Virus record (IMG/VR): IMGVR_UViG_3300041411_000177
Coordinates: 1-64,000 of that record
Direction: 5' to 3' (one strand)
Origin: a virus
Lineage: Duplodnaviria > Caudoviricetes
Length of the DNA: 64,000 bases
A program made the translations under genes and the position numbers. The stretch's first letter is position 1; each line of letters opens with the position of its first letter. The notes under the pieces are model-generated. The model ran no database searches. It was not told the DNA's origin and worked only from the letters and a program-made list of their open reading frames with translations. This document shows positions 9,498 to 19,015 of this stretch, piece by piece.

Positions 9498-11155
9498 TTC
9501 GATTTTCTCTCAGCCTTATTTTCGTTCTTCTGCTTGCGAATGCCTGCGCCCAACTTAGCAAACATCCCACCAAACATACTTGCGCCGTCATTGTGTGCGA
9601 CTTTGGAAACTTCGACCTGTTCATCAGGCTCGTAGTCTTCGCTGATATCGCGCTTCACATTTCGCAGCCATTTTTTCATCCGCTCTTCTGCAACTTCGGT
9701 CGGCTGGTGTTTAAATTCCAGCGCCTGCTTCCACGTGTTCGCGCAATACTTCAAAGATGCCTGCGCGCCAGTGTCCACAAAGAAACGAATTACGGGTTGG
9801 CGCTTGTCCGGATCAGGCGTCAAGATACGCGAACTTTCCTGTTTCCAGTTTGGTTCGTTATTCATCGGCATGATGTAATACAGACACGACCAAGGCTTGA
9901 TGTTGATACCGCGCTGCAACAGACGGCGGATACCGACAACAACACGAATTTTCCGTTCGCTTGCGAGCTTCTTGATATTGTCGCGATCAATCTTGTTTTT
10001 CTTGCCGCCGCCGCCAACGAAAGCAGCAGCCACTTCGTACCCGACCAAAGTGTTTACGCGTTTCACAATATCGAAAATGTGATCCTTGAAATGGCAGGGA
10101 ATTACGATGCTGTGCCCAGCCTCAAGGTCTTTCAGAATCCACTGGATAATGAAATCATTTCGCTTCTTGTTATTCGCCAGCGATTTACCCAGCTTCACAA
10201 AGCCCGGCTTGCCTTTGAACACGCCTTTCGATTTCATGCCGGTATCGACCGCCAGCATTTTCGCAACCAACTGCGCACGCAGGATCTTGGATTTGACTTC
10301 ACCGATTACCAACGTGGTGATCTTGTCTTTTCCGTCCTTACGTTTTTCCGTACCGGTACAACCGAAACGGTAACGCATTTTCAGATTGTTCATGACGTTT
10401 GCAAACTCGGGTGCGCCCGTTGCCTGCACTTCGTCCACTACCACTGTACCGAATGTTTTATTGCATGCCTTCAGCAGCTTTTTACCATTCTTGCTCAGGA
10501 AACTTTGGTAGGTGATGATCCCGATTTGAATGTCTTCGAGGTCTTCAATATTCTTGATAAATCCGTACAGCTTTTTACCGGTACGTTCTTGCAAGTCCGG
10601 TAGGTTCGTTGACTCTTCGATATCCCCGATGAACTGATTCAGGAAGTCGTATTGGTCGGCCATCAACAGGACTTTATGTCCGAGTTCGATTGCCAATTTC
10701 AGCGCAGTAAGCGATTTACCGGAACGGGGCGGAAGCACGAAAAGGCCGTACTTGGCCTCTTTCATTCGCTTAACGGTTTTGACCTGATAGCTAAACCAGT
10801 CGCGGTCTTCGCCTAAGTTGATTTTTACTTTGTAATCGAAGGGGGCACGTGTACGCTTATCAACGATTTTATAATCGTCGAAATCAATGCGCATTTTTGC
10901 TTCGATGTTTTGCCGGTCGCCTAGTGGCAGGCCGATGTACTCTTTATTCCCGATTACTGCGGGCCGGGCCAGCCGGTACGAACCGTTAAAGTTCTCACAA
11001 CCTTTGCAGGCTGCTACCGGGCGTTCTGGCCGCAACTCGCAAGCTCTACAACCCATGTCGGAAAAGAAGTCATGAGAATATTCCTTCGTGACTAACCTTT
11101 CCTTCAGGTCGAATTTCGGAATGTACATCTTATCCGATACGATTATTTTTCCCAT
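9473..11155 (-). CDS. SF2 DExH helicase, UvsW-like
   Basis: PPRSGKS (Walker A), VVDEVQ, TGT motif III, QRGINIK...QESSRILT; N-terminal CxxC Zn pairs. Confidence 0.85.
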   Translation of the reverse strand: MGKIIVSDKMYIPKFDLKERLVTKEYSHDFFSDMGCRACELRPERPVAACKGCENFNGSYRLARPAVIGNKEYIGLPLGDRQNIEAKMRIDFDDYKIVDKRTRAPFDYKVKINLGEDRDWFSYQVKTVKRMKEAKYGLFVLPPRSGKSLTALKLAIELGHKVLLMADQYDFLNQFIGDIEESTNLPDLQERTGKKLYGFIKNIEDLEDIQIGIITYQSFLSKNGKKLLKACNKTFGTVVVDEVQATGAPEFANVMNNLKMRYRFGCTGTEKRKDGKDKITTLVIGEVKSKILRAQLVAKMLAVDTGMKSKGVFKGKPGFVKLGKSLANNKKRNDFIIQWILKDLEAGHSIVIPCHFKDHIFDIVKRVNTLVGYEVAAAFVGGGGKKNKIDRDNIKKLASERKIRVVVGIRRLLQRGINIKPWSCLYYIMPMNNEPNWKQESSRILTPDPDKRQPVIRFFVDTGAQASLKYCANTWKQALEFKHQPTEVAEERMKKWLRNVKRDISEDYEPDEQVEVSKVAHNDGASMFGGMFAKLGAGIRKQKNENKAERKSKWKKKQEY

Positions 11156-11168
11156 GCACTCACTTCGA

Positions 11169-11600
11169 TTAGAACTTCGGGTAAAGGTGGCGGTATTCCT
11201 CCGTCATACTGAATTCACTGCCGATGTGAATATTGAAGCGGTATTCGTTTTCGGCGGTCATCCTGTTAACGCAGTCGATCAAATCTTTGGCGGGCCAATT
11301 ACGGGCATAAACATTCATGCGGGTACGTGGTGTATTTACAGTCTCCAGCGCCCGCACACAATGCAGGAAAACTTCGTCGAGACTGGTGTATGTCGCAACC
11401 ACGATTGCAGGGCAACCTTTGTACAGAAGTACCGGAACAATCGGATCATCTTCCGAAAACAATTCGTGATGATCACCCGATTTAAATTGCTGCATGTCGG
11501 CGTACAGAGTCCACGATGCTTTCGGGCCGGGCAGTAGCACTACAGGCGGTGGATCATTCGGAAAAGACGGGTTCCGTTCCCATTCAATTTCTTCAGTCAT
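11169..11600 (-). CDS. hypothetical protein
   Basis: 143-aa ORF in operon. Confidence 0.6.
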   Translation of the reverse strand: MTEEIEWERNPSFPNDPPPVVLLPGPKASWTLYADMQQFKSGDHHELFSEDDPIVPVLLYKGCPAIVVATYTSLDEVFLHCVRALETVNTPRTRMNVYARNWPAKDLIDCVNRMTAENEYRFNIHIGSEFSMTEEYRHLYPKF

Positions 11601-11928
11601 TTAAGCGTGGCCCCAGCAGTGGAGAATGCGCCAGCGTAATACGTGGCAGTTCGGTAAACGTGTAGCGTTGGGCTGCACGGATCACGCCGTGATTTGCCAA
11701 CTGCAATTCGAACACGATGAAAGAACCTTCCGGGTACGTGTCAGAAAACTTGTGCATAAGCGGCCACAAATCATTCACGTCATCCAGTTGGTGCTGAAAC
11801 ACTTCGTTGAAACGATTGCGGCAATCGCTGAACATGCTACGCAAACTTTCTGGTGCAGTCATGTGATCGTGAACCACTACCAGAATATTCTTGGGCACTG
11901 CGGTACTGATCGAATCAGGCGTAGTCAT
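11593..11928 (-). CDS. hypothetical protein
   Basis: 111-aa ORF with coupled overlaps. Confidence 0.6.
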   Translation of the reverse strand: MTTPDSISTAVPKNILVVVHDHMTAPESLRSMFSDCRNRFNEVFQHQLDDVNDLWPLMHKFSDTYPEGSFIVFELQLANHGVIRAAQRYTFTELPRITLAHSPLLGPRLND

Positions 11929-12239
11929 TTCAAACCACCAATCATTTTACGTTGATAATCGTCCAGTTCAAAAACCACAGACAGCCCACGTTCCAGCAGC
12001 GCGAAAACAATACTACGAAGCATGCGAAGGTCTTCGGTATAAACCGCGACCAGTGCAGGCTCTTTAGATGCATTCGTGTACTCTGCGATTTCGTCATGAA
12101 ATTGCTGAAGGTCTTCGGTCGAACCTTCGGTGTCCAGCATGATAACGCTGTTGCACCGAGTGATACGCGTGTTGGCGTAATGCTGAAACAGTTCGTCGTT
12201 CGACACTTCTTTTTCTGCGTACACGAATGCAGTCTTCAT
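11925..12239 (-). CDS. hypothetical protein
   Basis: 104-aa ORF with 4-nt overlaps. Confidence 0.6.
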   Translation of the reverse strand: MKTAFVYAEKEVSNDELFQHYANTRITRCNSVIMLDTEGSTEDLQQFHDEIAEYTNASKEPALVAVYTEDLRMLRSIVFALLERGLSVVFELDDYQRKMIGGLK

Positions 12240-12793
12240 AGTATTACTTGCTCCGGTCTGGAAAGGACTTTAATAATCTCGACAAGGTTCTTAAACATAA
12301 AGCCCGCTTTGTCGATATCTTCGATAACAATGCTGGATGCTTTTTCCAGCGTTTTTACTTCGTCGTAGAAATCGTAGAAGTCACGCATGATGGCTTCCAC
12401 AAAAGCCTTACGTTCGCCTTGGGCACCGATGCGCTTCAGAGTGTCCGCATATTCCGCACACAAATAATCACGCAGCTTGGACAAGGTACGTTCCATGGCC
12501 CCACTGATCTTCGTACACTGGCCGAGAATTTCAGCACAGCGCGAACGCGTAGACTGATCTTGCAGCATTGCTTCACAAACTTTTTCAGGGAACGAACGCG
12601 TGCGTTTGCGTTTCAGTTCGCGAGTCAATCGTGTTGTGTGAAGGCGTTGCAATTCTTCGTGAAATTCTTCGAAGTCGATATTGTATGCCGGGTTGCCCCG
12701 GAAGTTTTCGAGGAACTGCTGATAGCGCTGATTCTTTTTAATAACGCGCCGGATTGCCTTCAACTCTTCACGATTACTCATGCACTTTCTCAT
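12236..12793 (-). CDS. all-helical protein, possible UvsY-like recombination mediator
   Basis: C-terminal IDKAGFMFKNLVEIIK resembles the T4 UvsY tail as I recall it; sits near the UvsW-like gene; true start may be 12781. Confidence 0.4.
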   Translation of the reverse strand: MRKCMSNREELKAIRRVIKKNQRYQQFLENFRGNPAYNIDFEEFHEELQRLHTTRLTRELKRKRTRSFPEKVCEAMLQDQSTRSRCAEILGQCTKISGAMERTLSKLRDYLCAEYADTLKRIGAQGERKAFVEAIMRDFYDFYDEVKTLEKASSIVIEDIDKAGFMFKNLVEIIKVLSRPEQVIL

Positions 12794-13157
12794 CGAGAGT
12801 CATGGTGCCGTAATGGCCGGACATGGAAATGCTAAACTCCGCACAACTCAACACGAATTCTTGATTGATTTCGGTCAGGTTGGAGTATTCAGGTTCGCCC
12901 CATGGAAAGATGCGCCAGTTTTCGCGATACCAGATACCGGAATCGAAAGGTGTGGCGTCCTCTTCATCTTCGAACTGCTGACGATGGTCATAAATCATCG
13001 AACACAATTCTTGCAACGCTTCGGAATAGCGCAGGTGGTCAGCGTGGTTCTGCTGATCCCAATGCGGGTAATGCAAAACCCCGCACACTTTGGCGAACGT
13101 GTAGATCATCGAACAGAGCAATTCGCCGTGTTCGAGTTCTTCGAAGTATTTCTTCAT
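12774..13157 (-). CDS. hypothetical protein
   Basis: 127-aa ORF in operon. Confidence 0.6.
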   Translation of the reverse strand: MKKYFEELEHGELLCSMIYTFAKVCGVLHYPHWDQQNHADHLRYSEALQELCSMIYDHRQQFEDEEDATPFDSGIWYRENWRIFPWGEPEYSNLTEINQEFVLSCAEFSISMSGHYGTMTLDEKVHE

Positions 13158-13604
13158 TCAAATGGCCTCTGTCACAAGGTAAGGAGATACGGCATTGCCA
13201 CTGATAGCCAACACCGAACCTGCTGTACTCTTGAATATTAACAGTTTTTGTTTGTAGGTCGTGATCGGGTGTTGCACGTAGTCATAGATTTCTTTTTTAT
13301 TGCAAGAAACCAACAGCTTGTGCGGAGCCAGTTCCACCTTGGACACGTCCGATACAACGAACAGGTGGCCGTAAATGGAACGGCGCTTGTTGATGAAATT
13401 GTACATCTTGCAAAAACGATTTAGCGGTTCCGGATTTTCATAGTCGATCAACATTTCTGTATCGACCAGCTTCCGAAAGAAAAGCCCGATATGGTGGCCG
13501 TCATGGGCCGTACCAAAATCCTCGAACGTATCAACCTGCTGCACGGTGTGGCGGAACGTGTCAGCCAGACTGAATATCGGGCTAATGTTACTTCGCTTCA
13601 TCAT
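13158..13604 (-). CDS. hypothetical protein
   Basis: 148-aa ORF following the clamp gene. Confidence 0.6.
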   Translation of the reverse strand: MMKRSNISPIFSLADTFRHTVQQVDTFEDFGTAHDGHHIGLFFRKLVDTEMLIDYENPEPLNRFCKMYNFINKRRSIYGHLFVVSDVSKVELAPHKLLVSCNKKEIYDYVQHPITTYKQKLLIFKSTAGSVLAISGNAVSPYLVTEAI

Positions 13605-14730
13605 AGGTGCCGACCAGAGTCAGGGTGCCGCCATCGACCTTAGTCACAAGGCGATAGGCCGACATTGCGCCGGGCACCTTGTAGAAATTCATGTCGATTT
13701 CGATACCGGATACTTTGTTGAAAAGATCCATGAATATCCGAGGGTCAACACGAATGTCCATGGGCTTTCCGGTTACGTTGGCTTTGAATTCATCGGATAC
13801 CCGACCACCCTTGCCCTGTACGCTCATTTTCGTTTTGCCTTTCTCGAAAGCGAGCGCCATTTTCGTTTCGCCGTCAGTCAGCACCGCCATGTTTGAAACC
13901 ACATCGACTGCTTTCGTGTCGAATGTCATGGCACTGATAACCTTCATTTCATCCAGTGCTTTGTTGTACTGCACCGCCTGCCCAACTTCACCATAAAGTA
14001 ACTGGCCTTCGGGAATCGACACAGCAAAGTCAGCACCCGCCGCACGGAATCGACCGGAGTCTACCGAGAAACTGATCTTGTCGGATTGGATGAATTTTTC
14101 GATAACGGAAAACGCTTTTGCAGGCAGTGCAGTTTTCAACGGTGTGCTGTTCTTCACTTTCGTTTTGAACAGGGCCACGTGGTGTTCATCGTGGCAATAC
14201 ACGCGCATGATTTTCTCCCCGATTTCAAAGATGATCGGGAGTTCCGACGATCCGTAGAAATCTTGGAGACGCACACGCTTCACCGCATCGCGCAGCTTGG
14301 TCACAACGTCTTTCGGCATTGGATCGGACTTCTTTCCGACCAGCTGGTGTTCCAGCATCTGGATATCGTCAGAGTCGAATTCCGTTACGTTGATCGTCGC
14401 TTTGAAATTGCCTTTCTTTTCCTTGAAAGCGATTTGACCGCCCCCAGTTTTGAACATGCAATCGCCACGGGATTTCAACAGGCCGATCAGGGTTGGTGCG
14501 TCGATCTTTACGGTGCCGGATTTGGTAGCAGTGCCAGAAATCTTTGCACACGCCAGCGCATCCGTGGAAGAACCGATCAGATAAATACCCTTGCCTTTTT
14601 GCGTGGACAATACGAATTTCGCATCGTCCGCTTTGATGTACTGCGTCACGTTGATGATGTTGGAAAGCGTGCTGGCAAATTCCTTACCGTTGCACTCGAA
14701 TTCCAGTTCGTTACCTTCGATCAATTTCAT
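13588..14730 (-). CDS. dnaN: DNA polymerase III beta sliding clamp-like protein
   Basis: 380 aa with a three-domain beta/alpha pattern (DGHR-equivalent DEHHVA; VDPRIFMDLF); two genes from the polymerase. Confidence 0.7.
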   Translation of the reverse strand: MKLIEGNELEFECNGKEFASTLSNIINVTQYIKADDAKFVLSTQKGKGIYLIGSSTDALACAKISGTATKSGTVKIDAPTLIGLLKSRGDCMFKTGGGQIAFKEKKGNFKATINVTEFDSDDIQMLEHQLVGKKSDPMPKDVVTKLRDAVKRVRLQDFYGSSELPIIFEIGEKIMRVYCHDEHHVALFKTKVKNSTPLKTALPAKAFSVIEKFIQSDKISFSVDSGRFRAAGADFAVSIPEGQLLYGEVGQAVQYNKALDEMKVISAMTFDTKAVDVVSNMAVLTDGETKMALAFEKGKTKMSVQGKGGRVSDEFKANVTGKPMDIRVDPRIFMDLFNKVSGIEIDMNFYKVPGAMSAYRLVTKVDGGTLTLVGTYDEAK

Positions 14731-15116
14731 TGTAGGGAGTATCCGAAAATGTCCGCGTAGTCATAGCCAACCAATTCGATCAGCATGCTCAGAGTTTCTG
14801 TTTCTTCGCACACTGCGATTATGCCGTTCCATGCGAAAACCAATTTGAATTTCGTGACGACTTGGGATTCCAAAGTATCCAGCAATTCATCGACGGATTC
14901 CTGCGTTGCGTAAACCGGCATATCGGTATCCACAGCCTGTAACCGGAACACCAACGCTTGCAGGAACTGGCACAGGTCAGCAAGGCGCGGATCGTTTATG
15001 TCCGCACCATGCACCGTTACCGAAAATTCCGTTATGCGATGATTTGTCAGGTCTATGCTTTGGCCGTGATCTTCGTCCCTTGTTTCGCCCAAAACTTCCG
15101 CTGATTCAACGCCCAT
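14727..15116 (-). CDS. hypothetical protein
   Basis: 129-aa ORF between polymerase and clamp; start uncertain. Confidence 0.5.
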   Translation of the reverse strand: MGVESAEVLGETRDEDHGQSIDLTNHRITEFSVTVHGADINDPRLADLCQFLQALVFRLQAVDTDMPVYATQESVDELLDTLESQVVTKFKLVFAWNGIIAVCEETETLSMLIELVGYDYADIFGYSLQ

Positions 15117-18016
15117 TCAGGTGCATCCTCTTTCATGCGTGCCATGATTTGTTTGAACGTAGCGTTCGGATCAAGATCGAAGCCAAGGTCGTCGCGCTGA
15201 CCTTTGAGAGCTTTCATGATCACTTCGTTAAATGCGTATTTATCCTTCGTCTTGAAATCACCAGTCAATGCATAATTCCAACCTTCGCACTTGTCGAGCG
15301 AGTGGCCGAATTCAAAGTCGATTTCCAATTGGATATCAAACTTGAAATCGTGACGTGCGATCATTTCGCGTTCTACGTCGTGAGTCAAACCCTCTTCGAT
15401 CATTTGAATTGCCAACCAAATGTCTTCGTATGCGCAGGAGAATTCAAGGGAGTCGTGTACGCTGTTCGCCTGAATGAAATCAGGATAGTGACCGGTCTTC
15501 TGGTAATGCTCAAACCGGCGACGTTCGATGCAGCGCGCACCCGTCATCATGAAATCAGAACCCATGCCCTGTACTGGACTATTTACAGATTGACGCTCAG
15601 ACCGCGACAGGATGTTGCCGGAGTCTTCGTGCGATTGCGGAGTGATCAGCGCCCACAGGTTGCGGCGACGGCCTACAGGCGATTCCACGTACAGATGCTT
15701 ACGTGCGTGTGCCTTGGCTTTCTCAAACCACTTACCGCCCACAGGGAAGCGTTTAAAGAACTGCGTCGTCAACTCTTCAACCATTTCGACGGTTGCGTTA
15801 ATCGACTTCGCTGTACCCTTCGCACCTTGTTGGTAAATCAATCCGAAAATAACCTGCTTAACGGCTTGACGCATTACCTTGTCAACTTCCTGAATCTTTT
15901 TACGGAAGAAGAACGCGGCGTTGATTTTATGCACGTCACCTTTCAGGTCGATTTCTTGCGCAAGATCCATCGTTGGTTTGCGCTTGAATTTCTCGCGCAG
16001 TTTCAAACCAATCCGGAACGCTTCGGCTACCGCGCTGTCGCCAGAAATCAACGACCAGCATCGTACTTCGTGCGCCGAGTAGTCCACCTTGATAATTATT
16101 CGACCGTTCGGTGCAATGAACAATCGTTTAATCAGTTTACCCATTTCGCTACGTGACGGAATTGTCTGCAACGTAGGATCGCGGGCCGATGTTCGACCAG
16201 TAACCACGTCGAGATAACCGAATCGCGGACGCATGCAGCGGTCGAATCGGAAGTCTTCGTCTTCGCCCCATTTTTTAATGAAGCTCTTCACATAGGCGTT
16301 GTAGAGTTTTTCGATCTTGGTCAGTTCGGTAAACAGCTTAACTTCCGGTACGTCTTCGTATTTCTTTTGGAAGTCCTTGTCGATCTTTCCTTGACCCTTT
16401 TTGTTCATCGTCAGCGGCTTGAGTTTCAGCACTTCGAAGAACAGCAGCTGCTTGTGTTCGTCCTTGTTGATCTTGAACAGCTTCGTTTTCGTTCGACCGA
16501 ACAGGCCCATGGCAGGCACGCCGGTTTTCTTCGCCAACAACTTGTTCGCTTTCGCCACGCCTTCCGATTCGTACAGCGCTTTAATTACGCGGTTTTTCTC
16601 CCGCACAATATGTGAATCTTTCGACTTGAGTTTGAACAGCCAGTCGATATCGACATACGATCCGTTGTACTCAAGATTGGAGAGCGTGTGAATCTGATCG
16701 CTAAGCTGTTCGGTAACGAGCGATTCGTATTTCTTGTAGCCAATTTTCTTGGCCTGTTTCAGCTGCAATTTCTGGATGTGTAGCAGCACAATAACGTCGA
16801 GGGCCATGTACGTCAGCACAGGCCCTTCTAGATCCATGTCCGCGATGAATGCGCGCTGTTCCTTACCGAAGTCGGATTCGTAATAAGCACGACAACCATA
16901 TTGCATGGTGATATTCAGCAGTGAGTAATAGTTCCGCCCGCTGATACCTTGAATCGCTTTGTGGTTTTCATCCTTGGCGAATTCCGCCGAGATAACACAC
17001 CACAGTTTGCATTTGAAGAAACGAACGCCGAGGTCACGACGCGCAGCGATCAGGTCGAACGCGGCGTTTGCGTAGAGGTTGTATTTGTTCTTCGATTTGT
17101 ACTCGAAGTAATCACGCAACTTCTCTTTGATATACGCAAGTTCTTTCGGGAGGAACGGCGTGTCTTTATGCAGGAAAGGCAGAATATAAGCCTTCCCCGT
17201 TTCAGTCGCGAACTGCCACGTCACCGTGTAGTTCTTCCGCCGTTTAAGACTTCGGGCCTCCGTGTCGATTGCCACGATTTCCGCGTTGGTAATGTCCTTC
17301 AACATCTTGTCGAATTTCTTGATCGTATCAACCATCACGATCTTGTAATCCAACTTCGGAACCTTGTACATCAGTTCGCCGTCATTCAGACAGGTCGTCA
17401 GGTTCCGCGCCACGTACCCGGCTGCTGCCATCGAGTCATCGGATTTCTGCAATGAGCGCAACGACAGTGTAGAGACGTGTTTGAATTTATGTGTCTCGCC
17501 CTTCACCGTAACTTTGGCGTCAATCGGCACACCGTAAAAGTGCTGCCACAAAACACCACGTTCGCTTTTGTGCTGCGCGATGAAATCACCGCTGATTGCT
17601 TTCGTCGGGTCAGACCCAAACGTCACAACGGTATCCGGTTTGTAAACCGAGATAATGTATTCCAAACGCTTCTTGAATTCTTGCTGTGCTGTTTCGATGA
17701 AACCCGGCGCACCGCCAACGGTTTTGAAACTGTGATAACTCATGCACAGCCAGTTGTAATCGTCCAACTTGTTCGGCGCTTTGTAATACTCTTCGGCTGC
17801 CCAAAAAAGGTTAGCCATAAGATCGCCGGTCGCCCCATCGAGAATACGCCGCTTACGCAACGCCTCGCCCGGCATGTAGTCCAACACGAACAGAATTTTC
17901 CCACGTGCTTTTTTGGTAACGTGCTTTGCCAACTCGACATTATCGAAGCCTGTAATGTCGTACTGCTTCAGCACCTTGCCATACTTGTGAGAGAATTCTA
18001 CATAATCATACTTCAT
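15053..18016 (-). CDS. polA: family A DNA polymerase with 3'-5' exonuclease and N-terminal UDG-like domain
   Basis: Exo I AIDTE, Exo II NAAFDL, Exo III YMALD; pol motif A KVDYSAHEVR, motif B RQAVKQVIFGLIYQQG, motif C VHDS. Confidence 0.93.
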   Translation of the reverse strand: MKYDYVEFSHKYGKVLKQYDITGFDNVELAKHVTKKARGKILFVLDYMPGEALRKRRILDGATGDLMANLFWAAEEYYKAPNKLDDYNWLCMSYHSFKTVGGAPGFIETAQQEFKKRLEYIISVYKPDTVVTFGSDPTKAISGDFIAQHKSERGVLWQHFYGVPIDAKVTVKGETHKFKHVSTLSLRSLQKSDDSMAAAGYVARNLTTCLNDGELMYKVPKLDYKIVMVDTIKKFDKMLKDITNAEIVAIDTEARSLKRRKNYTVTWQFATETGKAYILPFLHKDTPFLPKELAYIKEKLRDYFEYKSKNKYNLYANAAFDLIAARRDLGVRFFKCKLWCVISAEFAKDENHKAIQGISGRNYYSLLNITMQYGCRAYYESDFGKEQRAFIADMDLEGPVLTYMALDVIVLLHIQKLQLKQAKKIGYKKYESLVTEQLSDQIHTLSNLEYNGSYVDIDWLFKLKSKDSHIVREKNRVIKALYESEGVAKANKLLAKKTGVPAMGLFGRTKTKLFKINKDEHKQLLFFEVLKLKPLTMNKKGQGKIDKDFQKKYEDVPEVKLFTELTKIEKLYNAYVKSFIKKWGEDEDFRFDRCMRPRFGYLDVVTGRTSARDPTLQTIPSRSEMGKLIKRLFIAPNGRIIIKVDYSAHEVRCWSLISGDSAVAEAFRIGLKLREKFKRKPTMDLAQEIDLKGDVHKINAAFFFRKKIQEVDKVMRQAVKQVIFGLIYQQGAKGTAKSINATVEMVEELTTQFFKRFPVGGKWFEKAKAHARKHLYVESPVGRRRNLWALITPQSHEDSGNILSRSERQSVNSPVQGMGSDFMMTGARCIERRRFEHYQKTGHYPDFIQANSVHDSLEFSCAYEDIWLAIQMIEEGLTHDVEREMIARHDFKFDIQLEIDFEFGHSLDKCEGWNYALTGDFKTKDKYAFNEVIMKALKGQRDDLGFDLDPNATFKQIMARMKEDAPEWALNQRKFWAKQGTKITAKA

Positions 18017-18049
18017 AGAATTACCCGTTAGGGGATTAGGCCTACGGTA

Positions 18050-18070
18050 TATTTACAGTTTTGCCCCACA
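18050..18070 (-). promoter_or_regulatory. promoter TGTGGGGCAAAACTGTAAATA upstream of the polymerase gene
   Basis: Near-identical to 61771-61790 (+). Confidence 0.65.
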
Positions 18071-18073
18071 ACG

Positions 18074-18106
18074 AAAAAGCCCCCGAATCCGTTAGGAAAC
18101 GAGGGC
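18074..18106 (-). terminator. intrinsic terminator
   Basis: GCCCTCG...CGGGGGC stem followed by TTTTTCGTT on the minus strand. Confidence 0.7.
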
Positions 18107-18112
18107 CTGCAT

Positions 18113-18628
18113 TCAAAACAGCTTCACCAATCGAAGGATATCCGATAGGCGACTGTCGTATTGCTCGGGCGTTGGGTAGCAGCACCAGCGGCGGCTAAGC
18201 GTGCGTAGCGTGTCGGTTGCCAGCAGCTTGTCACCTAGTTGCGTGTACACTTCCCAATTGATCGGCAGTTCATAAACGCTTTTGTCGCCGCCGCTCAAAA
18301 TAACCATTGGCCGGTGATGCGGTTCCGCGTCAATGAACCCAACGAAGCGCGGAGATTCCCGCCACATCATCAGTGCCCCTTCGGTGTCTGGAATTTCAAC
18401 GGTTGAAACGCCGTCTTCCAAACCTTCGATTCGTGGCCCCCAAAATTCACCAGAACCCAAACCGAAGAAACCGAAAATATCAGACGTTTCGTGACCAGCG
18501 ATCAATTCAGGAAAGTTCGTGGTCAAGATCCGGTAGTGCGTGTTATTGCCTTTGATGTAAGCGTAGTGAAACGCTACGTCACTCTTGTGCATCGTCATCG
18601 GAATTCTCCGATTCTTTCGCCTCGACAA
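18113..18628 (-). CDS. hypothetical protein
   Basis: 171-aa ORF; likely start 18598 (MTMHK). Confidence 0.6.
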   Translation of the reverse strand: MSRRKNRRIPMTMHKSDVAFHYAYIKGNNTHYRILTTNFPELIAGHETSDIFGFFGLGSGEFWGPRIEGLEDGVSTVEIPDTEGALMMWRESPRFVGFIDAEPHHRPMVILSGGDKSVYELPINWEVYTQLGDKLLATDTLRTLSRRWCCYPTPEQYDSRLSDILRLVKLF

Positions 18629-18971
18629 CCGGCTGATTTTTCTGGCCGTGCTGTTTCTGCGGATTGGTTGGAGTTTGAACAGGTGCCGGGGTACGCGTGC
18701 GCGTCTTGATAAGCTCCTGCATCTTTTCCGGAGTCAGGTTGCGATGATTCAGCAACTTTTTATCCCAGTAAAGATCCTTCGGAAGTTTATCGTGCAACGT
18801 GAACGGCAAGCCATTCGATGGGATGCCACGTGCGTATGCATCGTCACATTCGAAAGCACGCTTTGCACGAATGCTGGCGTCACTCCAAATCCCGTCGATT
18901 GCCCCGTTGTAAAAACCGAGGAACGCCAGAACAACCTGTTGCGCCATCAGCTCAACTTTACCAGTTTGCAT
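18579..18971 (-). CDS. peptidoglycan-binding domain (PG_binding_1-like) protein
   Basis: QVVLAFLGFYNGAIDGIWSDASIRAKRAFE matches the Q..L..LG...G.iDG.f...T..A...F pattern. Confidence 0.65.
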   Translation of the reverse strand: MQTGKVELMAQQVVLAFLGFYNGAIDGIWSDASIRAKRAFECDDAYARGIPSNGLPFTLHDKLPKDLYWDKKLLNHRNLTPEKMQELIKTRTRTPAPVQTPTNPQKQHGQKNQPVVEAKESENSDDDAQE

Positions 18972-19015
18972 TATTTTCTCCAGTCACTAATTGGGCCTTC
19001 CTTGGCCCTTACCCA

